Shown here: positions 1 to 13,372 of the stretch, one piece after another
Position numbering within the stretch: the first letter of the stretch is position 1
How the letters are laid out: each line of letters starts with the position of its first letter
NCBI GenBank assembly: GCA_051313645.2
Contig: JBNRSN020000001.1
Location: forward strand, 83,142,001 to 83,206,000
Length of the DNA: 64,000 nucleotides
Reading direction: 5' to 3'
Source: Centroscyllium fabricii
Lineage: Eukaryota
Notes under the pieces: generated by a model
Seen by the model: only the letters and a program-made list of their open reading frames with translations
What the model was told of the DNA's origin: nothing
The model's database searches: none
Translations under genes and position numbers: made by a program

Positions 1-46
1 AGTGCTGTGAGGCAACAGTGCTAACCACTATGCCACCGTGCCGCCC
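1..46 (-). mobile_element. 5' tRNA-like head of an HE1/V-SINE-like element, cut by the window edge
   Basis: Reverse complement reads GGGCGGCACGGTGGCATAGTGGTTAGCACTGTTGCCTCACAGCACT (A-box TGGCATAGTGG). The same head is seen at 58400-58452. Confidence 0.75.
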
Positions 47-149
47 TTAACTTGAAACAAAAACAGTGGGTCATGTTCATCTGCAAGAATGCTACCCAGA
101 ATGTTCATTCGTAGATGGATCCCATATTTATTTTACACATCTTTAACAA

Positions 150-245
150 CGTGTTTTTCTCTCCATCGATGCTGCCTGGCCTGCTGAGTTTGTCCAGCAT
201 TGTCTGTTGTTATTTCGGATTTCCAGCATCCGCAGTATTTTGTTA
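150..245. repeat. Fragment of a common elasmobranch interspersed repeat, family not assigned
   Basis: gatgctgcctggcctgctgagtttgtccagcatt...gatttccagcatccgcagtatttt resembles a repeat terminus I recognise from shark DNA. There is no second copy in the window. Confidence 0.4.
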
Positions 246-251
246 TCGTAT

Positions 252-652
252 TCGTGCCATGGGATCTTTGATATCCACCTGAGAAAGCAGACCAAAAGAC
301 AGTACCTCCGACAGTGCAGTGCTCCCTCAGTGCTGCAGTGTCAGTTGAGATGTTTGGTTTGAAATCTCTGGTGTGGGACTTGAACCCAACCTCCAAGACC
401 AGAGTGTCAGCCACTGAGCCACATGTAAGAAGTCACACAACACCAGGTTATAGTCCAACAGTTTTATTTGAAATCACAAGCTTTCGGAGCGCTGCTCCTT
501 CCTCAGGTGAAGTGTCGAGATTCATTTAAACACAGCATATATATAGAGGGAGAGAACAATGTGGTCTCTCCAACTGTTCCACATCGCACCTCAGCTGAGG
601 GACATCAAAGGTGTTCTAACATATCAGTCAGCCACTGAGCCACGGCTGACGC
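252..652 (-). mobile_element. DeuSINE/SacSINE1-like SINE 5' half, interrupted by a Penelope-like fragment
   Basis: Reverse-complement match to the plus-strand copy at 42891-43805, including the tRNA-like head gtcagccgtggctcagtgg and the Deu-like core ctccgacagtgcag...ctccctcagt. Confidence 0.7.
423..633 (-). mobile_element. Penelope-like element 3' fragment with minimal hammerhead ribozyme core (copy A)
   Basis: Minus strand reads ttcac-CTGAGGA-a-ggagc-agc-gctcc-GAAA-gctt-gtga. Flanked by a 17-bp duplication gtcagccactgagccac (406-422 and 627-643). About 200 bp are near-identical to 29915-30136. Confidence 0.8.
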
Positions 653-1698
653 ACCACATTTATGCTGTTGGCCTCAACTATTCCTGGTTGTCTCGAGTTC
701 CACATCCGTCACAACAAATCATTCTTAACTGAACAATACCGATTATCTCAAACATTACCGAACAGGTAGCAAAACTATGAGTGAATAAAGTACAAGCTGC
801 AAAAAGCTACCAATGTCTTTTTACAGTCATGGTGGTTTTTGAGTCATTGATGACATGCACCTAAAAATGTATATATGACAAAATAAAAACAAAACAAAGT
901 AAATAATTCTATAAAACAGAGCATTGCACATGTAGCCCTCCCTTACTGCACTGGGCTGTCGCCCCAGAGGGAAAATAGTTTTAAAATGGGAAAAACAATG
1001 TGTGGAAATCCTCAAGCCACAATCCCCTTCGCTTCAGTTCCTCTTCGCTCTTCGTGTTGACGTTTGGTTCTCCGGGCACCAGTCGGTGACTTGCCCAAAT
1101 AGTTTTCCTTCGTGTGTGAACCTAGATATTCAGTGTTGCCCTCGGTGAAAGTCAACTCCATTTTACATGGCATTAGAAAGAGAGCTAGAGTTTAAAAAAA
1201 GTAAACTTGTGACAGATCAGTCTGTTATGAGGTGTTGAATATCACGCGCAATGTACATTGTCAGGTGGTCCTGGATTGCAACTGACGCGCTGAATCGTGT
1301 TGCTTGTGTACCAGCAAAGCGTTCTTACAGTGGAAACCACCGGCTCATGGCTTTGAAAACTGCGTTCTCTATTTGCTTTATAAATCTAGTCTTAACCTCT
1401 GATTATTTTCCGAAGTGTAAAACAAACTGTAAAAGCACTATAAAAATGAATTGATGGGATAGTGCAGAATTAGAATATTTATTTTCTGATTCTGATGATA
1501 TATCGTGAAAACAGGAGCAATTCTTAGTGTTCTCGTTATTGTGGAATATATCTGGGTCTCACCATATATATATATTTATGTACACACATAACCATTTGCA
1601 GGAAACAAGACTGGAGGAGTTAGCATTGCGAATTTAATTCAGACAATATTTTATAGTAGAAAAACACCGTATTTTTTAATATTATACTTGATAGAGGG

Positions 1699-1860
1699 AT
1701 GATGTGGAGGTGCCGGTGTTGGACTGGGCTGGACAAATGCAAGAAGCCACACAACACCAGGTTATAGTCCAACAGTTTTATTTAAAATAAAACTGTTGGA
1801 TAAAACTGTTGGATAAAACTGTTGGACTATAACCTGGTGTTGTGTGGCTTCTTGCATTTG
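1699..1860. mobile_element. Penelope-like fold-back fragment (copy B), ribozyme core absent
   Basis: Inverted arms aagaagccacacaacaccaggttatagtccaacagtttta, with an internal 3x taaaactgttgga. TSD ttgata(g/c)aggga. Confidence 0.8.
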
Positions 1861-4800
1861 ATACAGGGAAGAAGACAAATATTGACACGTAAAATATCAC
1901 TTTCTTATGTTACCCTATTAGAAATCGGATACGTAACAATTCTTTGAACAACTGTTGTCTTTCTAAGTCACTGATTTATTTTTAGAAATGTCATGTGCCC
2001 TGATCATAGAAGAAAAAGGAAAAAAGACCACGAGAGGTTAGAACGACATAAACCTCTTATGAAGAGCGACACAGAGAGGCTGTCTCTTTACTGAGGCAAA
2101 GAGTTAGCGCCGTCCTCAAGTCTATCTTTGGCTCCGGGTTTTTCCCCAACAGCAATGGTATTATTATACAGTTCCAGTGAGCGCTGGGCTAGAGAATGGC
2201 AGAGGCATTGCTCGAAATAATAGCCACAGATCGCAGCTGGCCAACAAAATGCCTGGAGTGCGGCAGAGCTGCGTCTTGTAGAATCTCAGGGATCGGCCAC
2301 TTCAATCCCTGTGGGCATTTTGGTGAAGTAACTCCCAAGAACAAACAATAGAAAGTGTAACTTATTATGCCAATGACTGAAATTGCGACTTCCATTTCGC
2401 AAGGTAACTTCGGCTGAATTTATTTTAAAAATACCTGTCTGCCTGCAATAGATTCTTATCTTCAAATGACAATGCCACTTAAGAAAACGTGTATTTATTG
2501 GTCTCAAAACTTTGTACATTGTACCAATTCGCTGAACTATATCTTTTCACGGAACTCCACTGTCCACTAGGTTAAAGTGCGGTGTGTGGGGGGGATAGTT
2601 TCAAATAACGAAAACGGTGCTTTTTTCTGCAGACAGTTACTGCAATATAACCCTTCCTAATCGGATGTTTTGTAACTGCTGTCACAGGCTGCAACAACTA
2701 GAAACAGCGACAAGGACAAGGCCCGAGATATTCGTGCAAATACCTGTAATTCATCTCGTTGAAATGTCACGTTATTATTATTTTTTTCCCCTGAATAACA
2801 GACTAATCATCAAAACCTTCCCCGAAAAGCGAAATCTTGGACTTCGTCTTGACTCGGGAAAACGACGAGGAAATGAAAGCTCGGCGCACAATCACAGAGG
2901 CAGGGCACTTTCTAACTGGCGTTCCTTCAGCAGAGTGTGACTGCACTTTGCAATTCCCGGGGTGTCACTGGGATCCACTCGGCCGCCCCGTTACTTGTTG
3001 TGCACTTGATCCCGAATCGAATAGGAATGATGATGTGGAGGTGAAATAGAAATGAAACCGTTCTCCAAATTCTCAGACGAATAGACCAACCACGTAACTA
3101 AAAAAACAGAAACCGTTCAGATTATTCCAAAGTCCACCCAAAGGAAGAATGCATCAATGAATGATTTACTGTAGCTGTATTCTGAAAAAAATAGACAAAA
3201 CCTTCACCTCGCACAGTCTTAAATGGCGATCAGAATAATTGCAACCGAATATTATTTGAGAAAATTCGTTTGATCCTAAAAATAAATATGAATGTTAAAA
3301 TAAATATGTCACATTGAAATTGAAACTACAGCGAGGGTAACAATAATAATAATCAGAAACACAATGTGGTGCACGCAAGATGTCTATTGTTTACTTAAGC
3401 GCTCAAAACTATATAAAGTCATAATCCGTTCAGAACTCGACATCAGGCTTATTGTGTGAACATCTCCAAATGAAGAAATTATTTCCATCGGCCATTATCT
3501 GTAAAGGTAAGAATCGAGGTTGTTTTTAGGTTGGATTTAGGTTTCATGCAATCGCAGTCACGGACTGATGCTGCCTGCATCTAATCCCAGAATAACACTT
3601 ATATTAGGGAATATTCCAGCGGGCGGCAGCAATTCGGGCTTGTTGGCTCTTCAGTTCCAAGGCAGGTAGCGATCCTGCGTATTCACCCCAGCACATTATG
3701 AAATACCAGTGCGCCAGGATGGATGCTCCCAGTAATTCAAAGTCACACTAATTCGGATGCATAAGGGATGTGAAAAGAGAAAACGACTCACTTCCAAGAT
3801 TTGCAACTACAGTAGATCCAACGAGGCACATACCGGTAACCTGTAATAATTAATGAGTGACAATTGCATAACCGTGCTTAAAACAGAGGTTACAATGTGA
3901 CAGAGGTTACAATGTGCGGGTTTATTCACAAAATATGTTATCAACTACAAAATACACTGTCGCTCTCTACGTTTATTATTTACACTGATCTTAGAAGTAG
4001 ATTGAAGATGGCGTGCCCACTGCGAACTAAAGTGTTGTGAAAGTGCACACGGCAATCAAAGGGTTAAACTGGAGACAGCACGCAGCCGGTGCGACATCTT
4101 CGCAAAATATCCGAATCTGTGAACAAAGTTTCACAATTTCAAAACACCAAGACATGGCCTTCTGCAGAAATATCTAAACAGAGCAACCATGCATGTAGGA
4201 TGTGCGCAATGTCAAACAAATGCAAAATGTACCTGTTGCACAAATTATGGTCTTTTCATAATAATATTTCCATCGATACCTTTCCACCTATAACAGCACA
4301 ATAGCAAGTCATCTGTCTGGATGGTATCGGAGTCCCCAGAATCACGCCAAGTGTGTGATGGGTAATGGATCGTGCACCTGACGCTTTTGGGGTCGTGTGT
4401 TAAGCATCGAACAATCTGGTTCCAAATGTGAAGTTTAAAATATGTTGCTTACAATACAAAGAATATATTAAAAAACCCAGAAACCTGAACCATCCACTGA
4501 CAACGGATTGTTACATCGATAAAAGTTTGGGCTAAGTAAAGCTACAGCAACATTCAAATTGGTCAGAATCGGTATTCACCTCCAACAATACAGCTTTTTG
4601 TGCTCCTTCACTATCAGGGATCAATATCATAACAGCGTGTGTCAGGAATGAGCAGATATCTGGACACAGTATGCGGTTGCCCTTCCACCCTTACTGTAGT
4701 TGTCAAATCATCATCATCATCATCGCTACCTTCCCCATCAACGCTATCCTCACCATTTTCATCTTCATAATTGTCTTTACATATTTGTATTTTGCTTTCT

Positions 4801-7800
4801 CGTTGCAGCCCCCTGCCACGGCGGGATTGGTCGGCATTTCATCCCCCCCCCCTTTTTGAAAAACGAGTGATTTCCTTAAGAAGTCGTGTTATCAACACCA
4901 GAGCAGTATATTTTTTCCCAGACGAACCACTGTCACATTTTAATTAACGAGTGGTGATTGCATAATAGAGTAGTCAAAGACATTAATTTATCTTCGAAGG
5001 AAAATCATTTGTAGGCTAACGAACACAAGCTCGTGATCATTTTAATTGGTGAAACTTAAGTAACCAAATTACTCCCACTCACACACTTTGATGGACATAA
5101 ATACATGTTAAACCATTAACGTAAAGCAGAACGAGCCATTGCTAATCCTCTAATAAAGGCAGTCATTAGTTTATTAATAACTGAACTCGTGTGGTAAATA
5201 CGTGCAAAACTGGAAAAATAGGAATAAAAGATATCAGTTGAATGCATTCCTCGAACGTTACTCTCCAACACTAGGTTCACATTAAAAAATTATAGTCAAT
5301 GTCATAACGTCAGCACGTATCCTACCAATGAAATATTTTATCGATTAGTATGTGCCCAAAGTTCAAACCACCATTGAATTTGATTGTGGCTGGTGATATA
5401 TAAAGATGTTTGAGTGTTTGTGAATTGTCTTCTCCTGTTTATGAACATATTGTGCCGGTATACAGCGATGTGTAGAGACTGCAATAGATATACAGTGTGC
5501 GTGTACTGGCACATGGATTATTGAAGTCTTACTGCTGTGACCGTGGCTGCTTTGCACAATTTTTCGCAATTGATGATGCGCGGAGGCTCCAATTTACCGA
5601 GAGTTTTTTTTTCTCTGTGCTGACCTCTCAGACAACACAATCACAGCTTTATAATGGGAAAATATGTTTTCACAGTGAACACAGGCTCTGCTACCACGAG
5701 CTTGTATCCCCTTTAACGAACATAGAGCATGCATCGGACAACCGAACTTAAATCTCTGGTCAGCAAATAACGCATGAAATTGCGTTGATTGGTGCTTGCA
5801 ACATAGAATTTAGATATTTGAAGCGCCTGTTTCTTGTCTGGGGCTCTCTCTCTGATTCGTGGCAGAATGCAATATCTCCAACCACAAGATATAAGCAACC
5901 TCATTCCAACCCACAGCATCAATTGCGGTCCTTACTGTAACGTTATCGTGTTATTGTTAATCATTAATAGCAGGGTCAATTGAATTATCTCTTAAAATTG
6001 TCTTATAACTTTGAAACGTACCATAAAATCTGCCGATTTGAGAGCTACAATTGAATGTTTTATTAGGGCAGCTTTATAATTTATGAGCTGTCATTTCGAG
6101 TGACAGGGACTCGCCATATCCCCCCTGTAATTATCAATACAACAGTCACTGTGCCCTCATGTGGCTCGGTATCTGTAATTTATAGACCATTTAACGATCT
6201 CTTTATAAAATTATATCATAACGTTGTCTCAGTGTTATCATCACTCGAGTGATTTGGAGTGTGAGGACCCCACATTGCGGCTCCCAAACGCTATTCTGTG
6301 GACAGCCAAATATTCTGATTATCCGACCTTGTAGACAATTTACTGCGAAAACCTTAACTTCTGTATATTTCAATAACAAAAGTGTGTTTATCGAGAGACA
6401 CACACCATTGTATTAGAGATCGTGTCATTTATAACGGTTTTTATTTTCGTTGTTGTTTTGAGATGTGAAGCTGACTTAAGTCCCTTTTAAAGTTTCTTTT
6501 TAAAATCTCAATGTGTCCTTGTCAAGTTTCCAGAACATAGTTTGCCAACAAACAGTGCGGCAGGAATATCCGTCAGCTCCTTTCCGCCAAGAGTTGTAAA
6601 TTAAAAATGAAATTAGAAATCGAAGCAAACGAACAAAACGGTACTTACATTTGCCAGCAGTCCAAACGCCTCTTGGCGTCATCTCAGCATACTTTAACTG
6701 AGCAAACTTTAACTGCTGATGGTGGGAAGGGTGACGCCAGATAGATTTTTTTTACACAATTTTGAGGCGATTCACACCCTAAGTAAACTCCACTGCCGCT
6801 GCGGCGTTCGATCGGTAACGGAAATGCTATTTAACGCAACACATACCAAAAGTAGAGAAATATATAGAAATATACACGACTCGTGAGAAGCAACAACGGT
6901 GTTTAATGGTGTGACAATGGAATGAACCAGCACACAGCCCCGGGTGACACAAAGTCAAGTTCAAGCCCTCTCTCCGTTTAAAACCCTGGCCTGGTCTGGG
7001 GCTTGGTGGATGGGTTCCTGGAAAGCGAGCACAAGGCTTTTCATTCACTTTGAAGACCCGAAGCTACCAGGTCGAGATTTGGTGCCTTCAGAGGATAAAC
7101 AACAACGTTTATTTCAGTCTGCCAAAAATCCTATTAAAGCCGGATTTGAGAGCTCAGTTGCAATGGGTTGCACCCACAGGTGACGCTTGCTCTGCTTGTG
7201 TGTGTGTGTGTTTTGTGACGGTGCTTTCTGAGAGGACGGGGTTGGGGAGGGTTTTTTTTAAGTGACTTGGCTTCAGCTGGTGGAGAGTCTGACTGCTTCA
7301 GTATCCCCGCGGTGGAAAGAAACAGCCGCCAGGGTGACGGCTTTCCACTGCCAGTTGCGCCGATCAGAAGAAAATCACCAGGATATTTCCACATTAATTT
7401 GTTTTATATCTGCGCCAACCTTCGGCCGCTTAAAGAGTTCCGCCCTCAATTGCGCGCCTTGTTATTTTCCCGTTCCGCATACGTTTGGAAATAACTGCTA
7501 TTTTCCATTCGGACGGTCTAACAAGTAGCAGATGCAAGGCTCAGTCAGATTTTATAGGGAACCTGCCCATCCCAGTCGCTGGGCCCGCTTCTTGCGGCCA
7601 CTCAAAATGCAAACGAAAACACCTCTTCCATGTGTCTGGTTTTGTAACTGTGCGATAATGAATTTCACCTCCATTTCCAAACAATTGTGTACATTTTTTG
7701 TGTGTCACCATTCCCATATACAGGACCTAATTACCATCGACTACTCTCTCCCCCCCCCCCCCCCCCAGATGATTATACATTAATCCCACCTCGGATGCTT

Positions 7801-8259
7801 TTTACATTACTATCTAACTTGCTTTTCTTAACTTCGCTTCTCCACACCCACAAGACAGTGGAAACAAGACAGCCGAGAAATCGTCCATAAACCTCGCCAG
7901 CGAATGATCGCTGTTGTGAAAAATGGTCCCTGAATATTTATTTTACAAGCAACTTGACAAATAAACAATTGGAATGATGCTGAACGTAAAATAAAATCTG
8001 CCTCAAACATTGCGCGCTCTAACTAGTCTTCCTGACACCCCCCCCCCCCCCCCCCACACCCCAGTGTGCTTTAGACATTTTAAGAAAGCTAGCAGACTTG
8101 CATTCTGTTGCCTTCACCGAAAGAAAACACAAATATGTTACCGAACAACCTGAAACAGATGGGCTGAGATGAACAGCAACAAATATGACACAGGTCAGAA
8201 GCGGCGAGGAACTGGCTGGGCCTCCAAATAATCACGATAGCAGCATGTACACTTGCAAC

Positions 8260-9179
8260 ACGTTTTATTATATCTTTGTATGTTGTTAATGACCTCAGCA
8301 CATCGCACAAGGAAAGAGGGAAACGATGTTTTATCTAGAAATTGAAACAAAACATTCTGAACCATCTCATGTTTAACTCACAATTGTACATATTTATAGT
8401 TAAGAAACATTCTTTATAAATATTGTTTCATCTGCAGCAGGTTAATACCATAATTTAATTACAATTGGGATAAATATGGCAAGGCGGGTATTTACAGAAT
8501 GAATTATTCTTGTTACAGAAATTAACGGCACAACCTTTTTTCACAATCTTCCAATAGTATTTCACAATTCAGACTTGCAAAGCACAAAACATCACAAGAT
8601 TAAAAAACCCGGCTAACAGAAAAAATACATTCACAAGCAATGATTGGTGTTTTCTGTGAGTTTGTGAACTGTAACTCGGCACAGTTTCCATTCTATATGT
8701 TTGCACGGAGTTTTTTTTTTACACAAATCGGTCGCCCTGAAAAGGTGACATAAATTTCAGCATTAAAATACAACGACAAGGAAATCATTCTCTCAGTCCT
8801 TTATGATGTTTCCATTTTGTGTGCAACCAGGAAAGTGACAGATCACCTCAAGAAGGAAATCCACAAACAGAGAACGAACGCTAAATATCGAGACTCCCAG
8901 GTACAGTTCAGCTGACAGGCGGCAATTCTCTATGTACAAAGTTGTAAAAAGTACCCAAAAAGTTTGTTCAGTAAGACATAAATAACGCGTGATCTTCATT
9001 TCTGCAAAATCTCTGGAAACTCGGTATTGCTTGTATGGGGATGATATCGTTCTCCGTTTTCTTTTTACATAGATTTTAGAGGAAGTTTTTTTTTGATGTT
9101 TTCATTAATTTTAAGTTAGCACAGGCGGCGATCTCCCAGGTTTGGGGCCTGCAGTCTTGCTTGTGCGTGTGCGGTTTGT
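8260..9179 (-). other. zic2: Zic2 3' UTR (distal end approximate)
   Basis: AU-rich sequence after the stop codon. Minus-strand Pumilio-type TGTAAATA at 8489-8496 and AATAAA at about 8264-8269. Confidence 0.55.
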
Positions 9180-9365
9180 TTAAACGTACCATTCATTGAA
9201 GTTGGAGGATATGCCGGCGTTACTGTGCACGGCAGAGGAGACGGGGGATAAATGATTGCTGTTTGGGGGCTCGGTAGACGGGGAAACCAGGACTGGAGGG
9301 GTGGAAGATTCATAACCAGAGCTGGCTGCCGGTGAGGACTCGGATCCTTGCGATGACTCATGAAC
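9180..9365 (-). CDS. zic2: Zic2 coding exon 3 (Ser-rich C-terminus)
   Basis: [30 protein letters not shown]...SSNFNEWYV*, the typical Zic2 tail. Acceptor tttgtttcagcag. Confidence 0.95.
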   Translation of the reverse strand, partial: VHESSQGSESSPAASSGYESSTPPVLVSPSTEPPNSNHLSPVSSAVHSNAGISSNFNEWYV

Positions 9366-9404
9366 CTGCTGAAACAAAGTCGGAGAGAAAACAAACCCCA
9401 ATCA

Positions 9405-9704
<300 letters not shown>

Positions 9705-10293
9705 TCAGTCAAGCAACATCACCAATACCTCACCCTTCAACCGCTTGCATTTCGCACTGTGATCACCCTCATTGTTCACCGCACCTGGATTTAAACAAAA
9801 AAAATACTGAATATTGAACCTTTGGCGTTTATAACTCGTCCTGATAATTATTAATCGCGACCATGTTTTTAAAGCGCGCGCACACACACACAAAATATTT
9901 AAAATGAAACATCCTAAGTTAAAGTCTTAGGCTGCGGCCGGAAATGCGCTTGACCAAATTGCTTGGAGTTTGGATCTGGAGTGCTGAACGTGCTGAGAGT
10001 GCGGGGTCCTTGTCCTTGCGGGGGCTCCCATCCCATTCTTCCAAATGGAAATAGTCACAATTAACAGATTCCCAGCTGCCTTGCTCCAGCTGATAAACAA
10101 CACGCCGAAAGGAAATAGTTCATCGCCTCAACACAATGACAAGAGTGTCATTAAACAGTCCTCTTGGACTTTCGGAATTAACGATGTGTATTACATTAAT
10201 TGATCCAAACGAATTTCAGAAATAAAATATCCGAAACAAAAGACCAGTCGAGGAATGAACCAACACAGAACCCAATTTAGCGTCACCGCTCAG

Positions 10294-10365
10294 ATAATCG
10301 ATATGTGGAGATATATATATATATCTGTATCTCCACATATCGATTATATATATATATCTGTATCT
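10294..10365. repeat. Perfect 20-bp inverted repeat plus local direct duplication in Zic2 intron 1
   Basis: ataatcgatatgtggagata (10294-10313) and tatctccacatatcgattat (10328-10347), with a 14-nt TA-rich loop. tatatatatatctgtatct occurs twice. Confidence 0.9.
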
Positions 10366-11863
10366 ATGCATTTTAACTATATGTTATGTTTTATACTTTG
10401 GCAACATAGGGATGTATCCTGTCATGCCAATAAAGTTTTTTAAAATTAAATTGAAAAATATATATACACAGTCCCTGGACAATTACATATGTTTATCTAC
10501 ACTTGTACATGGGAATACACTTTTTAAAATTGGTCATTGTGTCTGGAATGTTGAAGATTTCCCGTCCAAACTTTGTATTTATCGACAATTCCTGAGCGGC
10601 GGAACAAGGGAGGTGTGAATCACACAGGAATCTTGCTAAGTACCGGGGAACAATGTAACATTTCATGCCATTAGGATTTAAATTGTTTCCGAGAGAGAGA
10701 GATATGTAAACCGCCTGCAAATCTGAAGGCTAGCTCGTCCCAGCAAATAAATGTCGCAGTTCAGAACCTTGCTAAAGAGCCGTCTAGCACCTATGATTAA
10801 TGCCACACTTGAGCAGACAATAGGCCTTCATCCTCTTGGCCTTCATCCTCTTAGTACTCTCGGAGAAGCAAATAGTTATTGTGTGTGAGGTTTTTTTTAG
10901 TTTTTTTAAAAAAAAGCTTATTAATTAATTACCGCTTTTGTTTGTTTTTTTGCTCCTTTGAAGAACCAGTGATTTAGAAAATATAATCCTGATTGTAAAT
11001 AATGAATGGCGCACGGGGTGAAGCTTGGCTTCACTGCTCAGCTGCCACGTTTTACACACAGGAACCTCTGTCCTTACATTACATCTTGACCCATATTCAA
11101 AGTTTATGGTCCAAATACAGGCCAGGGCTGATGACATAATTCTACACTCCACAGAAAGATTATGCAATACGACATAAATTGTAAGTCACAGTAACTGCCG
11201 TTCAACAGCGGTCCTGGTTCCCCCTAGTATTATGTGGCTTTATATATTTTAAACTTGTAGCCCAAGGCAATAGTCGCAAATATTACAACGCAATTTGCAA
11301 ATATTTCCATGTATTGTTTTTACATGCCAGAAACTCACGGTTCAGTTGACCAGACAGGAGCAGGATTTGTGAATTATTATTGTTTCTTAAAGCATCTGAA
11401 TTTTATTAACTTTAGACATTTAACGTGTCTCCGTTTATTTAAGTTTCGAACAGCAATCTGAACAGATTTGCTTTTAAAATGTCAAATAATTTATAGACTA
11501 TTAATGTGCTGCACCTCTCTGTTTAATCCCTACTATTAAATTATTACTCTTATTGTTAAAATTTGGAACATCGATAATGGAGATTTCTCAAGTGGTTTAG
11601 AAAGTGTTTTGAAAAGTTAATTTTCATTGTTCAACGCAGTCACGATAATCTTATTTTGCAGTTTTATGTTATTTTAAAACATCTTATTGCGGCGAATGCA
11701 GGCAAGGAATAAAACATCAAATGAGTTGAGAACTGCCTGGGTCTATGCACCGATCGAGGGACCCGCTCTCCCGAGTTACTGGGAAGCGCGAACTCGGCGG
11801 TCCGAAGGGTCGAGGGGACAGTTTAGGCTTGTTGCGGTGGGGGGGAGAAACTCGGACTTTTAC

Positions 11864-12860
11864 CTGTATGGGTTCGTTTGTGAATCTTTAAGTTCTCCGA
11901 CCTGGCAAACACTTTCCCACAGCCCGGAAACGGACAAGGGAAGGGTTTCTCTCCCGTGTGGACCCTGATGTGATTCACCAGTTTGTACTTGGCTTTGAAA
12001 GGCTTTCCTTCGCGGGCGCACTCCTCCCAGAAGCAGATATGGTTGGTCTGCTCGGGCCCACCGACATGCTCCACCGAGACGTGGGTCACCAGTTCGTGCA
12101 TGGTGCTGAAGGTTTTGTTGCAGGACTTTTTGGGGCTGGCCATCTGCTCCTGGTCGACCCACTTGCAGATGAGCTCCTGTTTGATGGGCTGCCTCATGTA
12201 CCTGAAGAAGGCTCCGGCGCCGTGATGAGCCGCTGCCATGTTCATGCTCATGTTCATGTGGCCGTAATTGTGGTGATGGTGGAGCTGGGCAGCCGAGTAA
12301 GGGTCAGTTCTGGGACACTGGTCCGAGCGGCCGAACACTTCGCCCGGGAGCCCCAGGCGCATTTGCCCGTTGAGGACGTGCGCATTTGGCGACGGGTGGG
12401 ACCCTCCTTGTTCGTGGATGCCGGGGAATAAGATGTGCCCCGATGTGTCCGAGTGCGGGTGGTGGAGAGCGGCCGGGCTGGGACCGAAGATGCCATGCTG
12501 GCTGGAGCCCGGGCTCGCGTCGCTGAAGCCCCGGCTGCGGAAGATGAAGTCCCGGGTGGAGTTGAAAGTGGCGCCCGAGTAAGAGCTGACATGGGCGGCG
12601 TGGGGAGCCAAGGCGGACGGGTAGCCCGGGCCAGCCGCCGCCTGCGAGCTGAAAGCCGAACTCTGGCCCGGGGAGGACAGGTCGTGGTGGACTCCGCCGT
12701 TCAGCTTGAAAGCTCCCATGTGCGCAGAGTCGACGAAGCTGTTCTGAGGCAAACCCAGGTCCCGCTCCGACATCTCGGCGCCGGAGTGGTGGTGGTGGTG
12801 GTGGCGGGCGAAAGAGCCCACCCCGAGGGTGGGGAACTGGGGTCCCGCATCCAGCAACAT
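11864..12860 (-). CDS. zic2: Zic2 coding exon 1 (ZOC box, ZF-NC, zinc fingers 1-3)
   Basis: [25 protein letters not shown]; [17 protein letters not shown]; [11 protein letters not shown]; [14 protein letters not shown]; C2H2 fingers. Phase-1 donor ACAG|gtaaaa. Spliced CDS is 1347 nt (448 aa). Confidence 0.95.
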
Positions 12861-12894
12861 GCTCCTAAAACCAAGGGGAAAACAAATAGACCTC

Positions 12895-13372
12895 TCCCCT
12901 CCCACCCACCCACCCCCCAAAACACAGACACCCCAAACCCCCCCCCCCAAACTCACACACTCACAAACACACTCACCCCAAAACACACACACCAAAACAC
13001 CACCCCCAAACTCACACTCACAAACACTCACCCCAAAACACACACACCAAAACACCACCCCCAAACTCACACACTCACAAACACACTCAACCCAAAACAC
13101 ACTCAGCCCAAAACACACTCAGCCCAAAACACAGTTACTGAAACCCCAAAACACACACACCCCAACACCCCCCCCCCAAAAAAACACACACTCACAAACA
13201 CACACACTCACTGAAACCCCAAAACACACTCACTGAAACCGCAACAGTCACTGAAACCCCAACACACTCACTCACACTCACTGAAACCCCAACACACAGT
13301 CACTGGAACCCCAATACACTCACACCCCAAAACACTCACTCACACTCACTGAAACCCCAAAACGCACACACG
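12895..13372. repeat. CA-rich degenerate minisatellite (GU-rich on the Zic2 sense strand)
   Basis: Repeated units such as aaacacactcactgaaacccc and ccaaactcacacactcacaaacacactca, immediately 5' of the Zic2 ATG. Confidence 0.9.

Noticed and set aside
3028-3043. atgatgtggaggtg as an eleventh Penelope-like copy
   Set aside because: Only about 14 bp match the tail tip, with no body or TSD, so it cannot be supported.
3884-3916. Short tandem duplications (also near 10822 and 17245)
   Set aside because: Ordinary 15-17 bp slippage duplications with no further structure.
12861-13118. 86-aa N-terminal extension of Zic2 in the ORF track
   Set aside because: Non-ATG start, and it is a translation of the GT-rich minisatellite (C/V/G-rich). 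The conserved start is MLLDAG at 12860.
11958-13236. Long antisense ORFs over Zic2 exon 1 and the repeat
   Set aside because: Shadow frames of GC-rich coding sequence and low-complexity DNA, with no recognisable domains.
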